A DNA stretch of 64,000 bases from Octopus vulgaris (lineage: Eukaryota). Both the position numbers and the translations under genes were made by a program. The stretch is from the NCBI GenBank assembly GCA_951406725.2, contig OX597831.1:33604001-33668000 (forward strand). The letters run 5' to 3'. The notes under the pieces were generated by a model, which saw only the letters and a list, made by a program, of their open reading frames with translations, did not search any database and was not told the DNA's origin. Positions 56,460 through 64,000 of this stretch are shown here, one piece after another; position 1 is the first letter of the stretch, and each line of letters opens with the position of its first letter.

Positions 56460-56668
56460 CCGAAGAAGATACAAAAACAACCTTTCGTGATTTCATCACC
56501 TCTTGCTCTCCGGAATTCTTCGCTGCTGGCATAAAGCAGCTACCGATAAAACGGTAAAATTGTGTTGATAATTTAGGTGTAATCTTTGATTAATTCCATT
56601 GCTTTTTGTTGAGAAAAAGTAAAATAAATTTCCAGTTCAAAATCAGACATTTCATTTTGATGACCTGA
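56453..56668 (+). mobile_element. Mariner 3' fragment (third mariner family) with right TIR
   Basis: SEEDTKTTFRDFITSCSPEFFAAGIKQLPIKR*NCVDNLGVIFD*, then AAATCAGACATTTCATTTTGATGACCTGA. Confidence 0.75.
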
Positions 56669-56748
56669 CATACATACATACATACATACATACATACATA
56701 CATACATACATACATACATACATACATACATACATACACACACGCACG

Positions 56749-56812
<64 letters not shown>

Positions 56813-57319
56813 TGAGAATTAATAAAAAAAAAAACAAAAAGCGAAGACGAGTGTGTAAACAACAAACAGATGTATTAGTTTAACGCTCGGAAAGTGAGAA
56901 AGTCGTTTACGTTTCGAGCCTACGCTCTTCGACAGAAAGGAACACAGAAATAAACAGAGAGAGAAAAATAAAAAAAAGGTTTAGTGGTGGCTAGCGATCT
57001 ATCATGGCGGTCGTCAGTTTGTTTGAAGAAGAAAAATAGAACTAGTAAAATTTTTGGTCATGGTATCAAGTCAAAATGTAGCTAACAAAAGAAAAAAAAA
57101 AAGGTTTAATGAATTTATATTATTAAAGTCATTTATTGTTGTCGGTATAACTGAATAAAGCTTTATAAAGTGTACATATCGCCCGTCACTCTTGTTAAAG
57201 ATAAGATTATTAGCCTCCAACGTGTATTCGGCTGAAAATAAGAACAGGTATAAGCGTTGCAAAGCATTTTGTTCGACGCTCTAACAATTCTGGCAGCTTG
57301 CTATCTCAATATGTTGTTG

Positions 57320-57815
57320 TTGTTTGCGCCTTCTGGAGCCATGCCTGACTCATAAGGGCCCGTTTCCCGGTTTCAATGGCGTATTTCAGAAGGCGGCGAG
57401 CTGGCAGAAACGTTAGCACGCCGGGCGTAATGCGTAGCCGTATTTCGTCTGTTGTTACGCTGTGAGTTCAAATTCCGCCGAGGTCGACTTTGCCTTTCAT
57501 CCTTTCGGGGTCGATAAATTAAGTACCAGTTACGCAATGGGGTCGATGGAATCGACTTAATACCTATGTCTGTCCTTGTTTGTCCCATCTATGTTTAGCC
57601 CCTTGTGGGTAATAAAGAAATAGGTTTCAATGGCGTATAGGTTCCCCCACCTGGACGGGAAGCCGGTCCGTCATTGGTGAGCTGGTAGATGCAGGAGGAA
57701 AGAGTGAGATAAAATTGTGGCGTAAGAGTCAGCAGAAGTTCGCAATTACCTTCTGCCATAGCCGCGTGGAGCTTAGGTGTTTCGCTCGTAAACACACACA
57801 TCGCCCGATCTGAGA
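57320..57815 (-). mobile_element. SINE C interrupted by a SINE A
   Basis: The two halves rejoin to match 22818-23050. Confidence 0.85.
57385..57622 (+). mobile_element. SINE A with Tx1-like tail and perfect 16-bp TSD
   Basis: GGTTTCAATGGCGTAT at 57369-57384 and 57623-57638. Confidence 0.93.
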
Positions 57816-58499
57816 CTCACGTTTATTTTAAATCTACCATGTAATGGCGAAGTATTACTGCAAGAAAGAAATTAGCTTGACATGAAAGGGAAACGTTTTA
57901 TTTTATTAACATGCAACATTAATCACTTTGTGAAAAGGAAAGTAAATGCCTTCTCGACATCTTTTACTTCGCCCTTCACAGAAAAAACTGGTATAGATTT
58001 AACCAGTTTCTATTTTTATTATATCCTTATCACAGAAAGGATATTTTTCGTTTATCCATACAAAGATTAGTAGTTGGTGGGTATTTATACCGTTTGGATT
58101 TATTAAAAAAAATTAAACTATAATCTATTCCAAATCAATTAGCAACAACTTTAGAAAAACCAGTTCCTCTCTTTCTTATAGATTTCAAACAAACGTGAAG
58201 TCAATTAAACACCAATGATGTTATATTGATAAAATATTTTTTGTAAATATTTCTCGTTTATAACAAAGAAAAGAATTTGTTTCTAGACAAAAGAATCGTT
58301 TGTTGCGGTAAAATAATATACTTCCTATGAATTAGTTAGCACAGCATCGTTCGCTTGTTGTGCGTCGTTATTTATATTTTGTATACTGTTTGAAGGTGAT
58401 CGATTGCCATATTTTCCCCTTTCCAGACAACAAACACACTCTAACACTAACACACACATATACACCTAAAAATACGACTTTTCATTATGTATATATATG

Positions 58500-58579
<80 letters not shown>

Positions 58580-58820
58580 TACATATATATATATAATACA
58601 CAAACATATATATATAAATATGTATATATGTATATATATATATATACAAATATAAACATTTACATATATACATATCAATACACGGAAACATATATACGCA
58701 TATCTATATATCTATGTACGTGTGCGTATCTTTATGTATGTATAACTACGCACACATACATCCATATCTATATCTATATATATGTATACGTATATCTCAC
58801 ACACGCACATACACACACAC

Positions 58821-58918
<98 letters not shown>

Positions 58919-59302
58919 ATGTATATATGCATATATATAATATAATATAGTAAAATATAATATAATAAAATATAATGTATATATATTAAATATGATACAA
59001 TCCAGTATGTAGATTTATTCAAATTTCTTGACAGACGAAATTCTGTTTCAAAGATCGATATTTACAAGGAAAGTACATTTGTCTGTTTGATAAAAAGAAT
59101 GCCGAAGACCACCCTAACACCTCAATAAAATCAAGAAGGTATTTATGTGAGTAGATATGTATGTGTTTATATACGTGTGTACATAAATATGAATATATAT
59201 ATAGTGTATTTATATATATGTATATATAAACATGCATATTCATATATATATATATATATATATATATTCATTATATTAAGGGCTATTACTACAAGTAAAC
59301 GC

Positions 59303-59354
<52 letters not shown>

Positions 59355-59392
59355 CATGCATACATACATACATATATGCATGCATACTTATA

Positions 59393-60569
59393 CAGGAGTT
59401 GGACGAAATAATGGATAACTGACAGCATGAATTCTATGAGGTATGGACTCGTACAAAGTTTGAATTGTTTCCAAAGGAATTTTTGGCCATTCTTCAGCTA
59501 AAACAGCCTCCAGTTCTTGTAGTGATGATGGTGGAGGATATCGACTCCTTACTTGTTTTTCTAAAATGCACCATAAATGTTCAATAATATTATGATTTGG
59601 GGAATGATCAACTTCAACTTCAAAGATGTTCAACTTCACTAGAATGTTCCTCGTGCCATAAAGTAGCAACTTTAGCTGTGTGAATTGGTACATTATCATC
59701 CTGAAAGATTGCGCTTCTCTCCGGAAACAGTTCCGCAACGATAGGATGAATTTAATCAGATAAAATGCTTAAATAACCATTGGGCCGGTGGTTTTCCAAG
59801 ATATAGCTCCCCAGATCATCACAGGTCTTTCTCCATGTTTAACAGTTGGAAGAAGGCAGTCTGGTTCAAATGCTTCTTTTGACTGTCTCCATACGTATAC
59901 TCGGCCGCTGGTCGGAAATAAGGTAAACGATGACTCGTCCGATAAAATAACATTCTTCCACTAGGGACCAATTCTGTAGGTTTTTACTCCAATTTGAATG
60001 CTTTGCAACGTTTGTTTTTGAAAGTAATAGTTTTCTGATTACAGCCCTCCCATGAAATCCGGCTCGTGTAGCTCCCGGCGAACAGTTTTTGTGGAAATTG
60101 GGTTCTCGAGGTGGTCATTAAGCTCTGTAGTAATTTTGGGTGCTGTCCTTTTGTGATCCTTTCTAACAATTCGTGTAAGAGTCCGATGGTCCCTATCTGA
60201 AAGTTTTGGTTTTCTTCCAGAGTTTTATTTCGACGAGGAAGTTTTTCTCTCTTTCTCAAAGGCTGTCATTACTTTCGAGATAGTACTTCTTGATACACCA
60301 AATATTTCGGTTGTTTTTGTTACACTAGCGCCTGCTATACAAGTACCAACAATTTGACCTCTTTGAAAGTCCGATAGATCTGTGACTTTAATGAATTTTA
60401 ATTAGCTTTTTCTGATGATATCTGAAAAGAAAGAGTAATTTTAGCAAAACATATGAAGCAACACTAATAATAAATCATAAAACATAAAAATAAACAAGCT
60501 TTTGGCGGTTTTATTTCAAAAATATGATTCTATGATGCTAGGTGTTTCCATTATTTTGTCCAACCCCAA
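59393..60569 (-). mobile_element. Tc1-like transposon, second copy, defective
   Basis: TIRs CAGGAGTTGGACGAAATAATGGA / TCCATTATTTTGTCCAACCCC. Colinear with 13228-14437. Confidence 0.92.
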
Positions 60570-60581
60570 TATATATATATA

Positions 60582-61902
60582 CGATGGTGAGTCAAAAAGT
60601 AATGCCAGTTTTTTTTTAGGACAGGTATAATTACCTACACAGGAACATGTATCATACATCAAAATGAAGCTGGTCCTCTGTGGATCATATCCCTACTTCT
60701 CAATATAGCTTCTCAGTAGCAATGTTCTACCTTCGAATGAGAGCATGTATCCCTGCCACGTAAAATTTTGTTGACTGTTTTTTGAGCAACATCTTCACTA
60801 CAGTTTTCACTTCCTCGTCACTGAAATGTTTGCCTCTCAAAAGATCTTTCATGGGACCGAAGAGATGATAGTCTAAAGGCGCTAAATCTGGTGAGTATGG
60901 AAGATGCGGTAAAGTTGTCCACCCGAATGAGGCGATTGTCTCCCTTGTCATGATGCTTGTGTGTGGTCGAACATTGTCATGCAGAAAGAGGACATTGTCG
61001 AATGGCAAGTTGGGTCTTACTCGTCGGATTCTTGCTCTGAGCCTCGTCAGGGTCTCAATGTAGGCCCCAGAGTTTATTGTTTTTCCTTTCGGCAAGAAAT
61101 CGACCAGAATGACACCTTGAGCCTCCCAAAAGACGATCGCCATGATTTTTCCAGCTGACTTTGCGTCTTGAACTTTTTCGATGTTGATGACGTAGACTGG
61201 CGCCATTCCACTGACTGCTTCTTTGATTCTGGTTCATAATGATGAACCCATGTTTCATCACCTGTTACGAACCTTCGAAAAGTTTTGTCTCTTTGACTTT
61301 GTTCGAGAAGTTCAGTGCAGGCATTGACTCTGTCAGTCTTGCGTTCGGTAGTCAATTCTCTCAGTACCCAACGGGCACACAATTTTGAAAAGCCAAGTGA
61401 TTCGACAATGTTCTAAGCACTTCCATGGCTCACTTCAAGGTTTTCTGCTAACCCATCAAGACTTATGCGCCTGTCTTCTCTGATCAGAGCATCTGCTTTT
61501 GTTTTATTGGTAGGATTCACAGAAGCGGAAGGACGGCTAGAACGGGGTTGATCGGCTACACTCACAATTCCCACCTTTTCATCTTCCAGACGACGGACCC
61601 ACCTGCATACATTGCTATAATCTAAAGTATTGTCCTCAAAGACATTTTGTAATCGTCGGTGAATGTTCACAGGGGTTTCCCCCTCAGCAACAAGAAATTC
61701 AATCACTGCTCTTTGTTTTTGAAGTAACTATAAGGGGGAGCCATTTTGAATTTTCTTTACCAATCTAAAAATCTGAAATGTAAGAAACAAAATATTTCAG
61801 AACGTAAATATGATCATTTATAACTGGGAAAATTTTCAGTTATTTTTATCAAAAACTACACATGCAATAAAGAAAATGGCATTATTTTTTGACTCACCCT
61901 CG
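60582..61902 (-). mobile_element. Mariner transposon (DD34D, irritans-like), defective
   Basis: TIRs CGA(T/G)GGTGAGTCAAAAA(G/A)TAATGCCA with TA flanks. Motifs QRAVIEFL, ARWVLREL, VTGDETW, HDNVRPH, PYSPDLAPLD. Confidence 0.95.
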
Positions 61903-61930
61903 TATATATATATATATATATATATATGTA

Positions 61931-62165
61931 GAGGCGCGCAATGGCCTAGTGGTTAGGGCAGCGGACTCACGGTCGTGGGATCGCGGTTTCGATTCCTAGA
62001 CCGAGCGTTGCGAGTGTTTATTGAGCGAAAACACCTAAAGCTCCACGTGGCTACGGCAAGGGGCCGTGGCGAACCCTGCTGTACTCTTTCTCAACAACTT
62101 TCTCTCACTCTTTCTTCCTGTTTCTCTTGTGCCTGCATTTCAAAGAGCCAGCCTTGTCACACACT
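61931..62165 (+). mobile_element. SINE C, 3'-truncated
   Basis: TGGCCTAGTGG and GGTTTCGATTCC boxes. Colinear with 18963-19160. Confidence 0.85.
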
Positions 62166-62610
62166 GCATTTCTTCAAACGTTTGTTAAACTATAACATGT
62201 GGGTGTTTTATTTGCGCAGTCTTTATTTTTCGTAAATTTCCACCAGATTTCCATATTTTTCTGTTGCATATACTACATGGTGTTTGAAATTATTAACAAC
62301 ACTGTAAGTTTAAATATAATTTTGTATGGAATTCTTTCCTTTTTCCTTGAAATATTTTCTTGCTTCATTCCATTTTTTTTTATCTTATAGCCTCGGTCGT
62401 CTGCAACTTTTGCCCCACCAGCTAAACTCTAAGAAATAAACAAATAAATATGAATAAATAAAAATTCCAATCAATTCATTAGAGAATCATCGTATCAAGT
62501 GCAATTTTGCTGAAGTTCTGGTTAATTTCTCAAGAGATTTTCATCTTGTTTAGCCTTGTAAGGATTCTTTGACAAATAAATCTCTGTAAATGTCGGCCAG
62601 TAGAGAATGG

Positions 62611-62664
<54 letters not shown>

Positions 62665-63206
62665 GAACTTAACGAAAACAAAAATAACACATAATTTTTG
62701 TATTTCTATTGACTACACAAGTTATCAAACATAACGTTTAAACGATATCCCATCCTCAAACCCCTCCAAAACAAACAAACAAAGAAACCTCCAAAATGAT
62801 TGATTGGATGGTCCTTCGGAATACATAACTAAAGTGTCGTTGTCACCAATACGGCAATAATATAGAGATAAATTTAAAGCTATATATATTCAAATACGTA
62901 TTAATCATTCAGATGAAAATGACAAAAAAATATAAATAATATATGCATATATATATACATATATATGATATATCTATATATATACATACATTAATATATA
63001 TATATGTATATATATGTATATATATATACGTATATCAAGAATATACAGAAGAAGGAAAAATATTTGAAGAAAAGGAAACTCACGAAAATTTTGATTGGAC
63101 GGAAAGAAATAAGTAATTATAAAACTTCACTAAAATTGTGTATGAATATCTATATGTATGTGTATGTATGTATGTATGTATGTATGTATGTATGTATGTC
63201 TCAATA

Positions 63207-63255
<49 letters not shown>

Positions 63256-63390
63256 GTCAGTCTAAATAAATAAATAATATACAAGCATGAGCACATACAT
63301 ATATTTATATATGTATCGAGATATATATATATGTTTATATATATTCATAAAAAGAGATATATATATAATACATATATACACATATATTTG

Positions 63391-63438
<48 letters not shown>

Positions 63439-63612
63439 TATGTATATATAAATGTGTGTATGTATGTGTATATATGTGTATATATGTGTTTGTATATATG
63501 TATATGTGTATATGTGTATGTATGTGTATGTATATCTATATACACACACACAAATATACATGTATGTATGTATATATATATGTATATATATATATATACA
63601 TATGTATGCACA

Positions 63613-63692
<80 letters not shown>

Positions 63693-63769
63693 CATCTGTC
63701 TGTCTCTCCCTCCTCTCTCTATCTTAATTCAGGCACACATATACGTACATATATGACGTAATGTAATGT

Positions 63770-63939
63770 AATCCAGTATGTAGATTTATTCAAAATTCCT
63801 TACAAAGGCAACTCTCTTTCAAAGGTGTGATCTTGCTTCTTGAAAGAAAGTAAATTTATGGGTTGTTTGATATAAAGAACAGCGAAAAAAGTCTCTTGTC
63901 TTTGTAAGAAATATTGAATAAATCTGCATATTGGATTAT
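63770..63939. repeat. ~170-bp MITE-like inverted-repeat element; partial copy at 58999-59120
   Basis: TAATCCAGTATGTAGATTTATTCAAAATTCCTTACAAAG versus CTTTGTAAGAAATATTGAATAAATCTGCATATTGGATTA. Confidence 0.7.
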
Positions 63940-64000
63940 ACTCCACTTGATATATTTTGTACTGAGCACTTAGATTGTATGTTATGAATCATTGTCTCTC

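Overview
AT-rich eukaryotic DNA, probably intronic or intergenic, dominated by microsatellites ((TA)n, (TATC)n, (TATG)n, (CA)n, (TAA)n, (TTC)n) and interspersed repeats. The repeat landscape suggests a cephalopod (octopus-like) genome; this is an inference. I found no credible host exon, and almost every ORF in the supplied track is a translated microsatellite or SINE. The real content is mobile DNA: four tRNA-derived SINE families, R4/Dong-type RLE LINEs in (TAA)n, Tx1/L1-like 3' ends at (TATC)n, RTE and CR1 fragments, two mariners, a DD36E Tc1-like family, a MITE, Helitron ends, and several Penelope-like element (PLE) relics that the ORF track mostly misses. Highlights: (1) minimal hammerhead-ribozyme folds in PLE-type ends whose core 3-8 pair varies (C-G, G-C, U-A), one of them in a 133-bp near-perfect foldback; (2) a PLE GIY-YIG gene split by a twin-priming-like inversion with a nested RTE; (3) a SINE whose 3' tail matches the Tx1-like LINE 3' end. 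All translations and alignments were done by eye; no database search was run.
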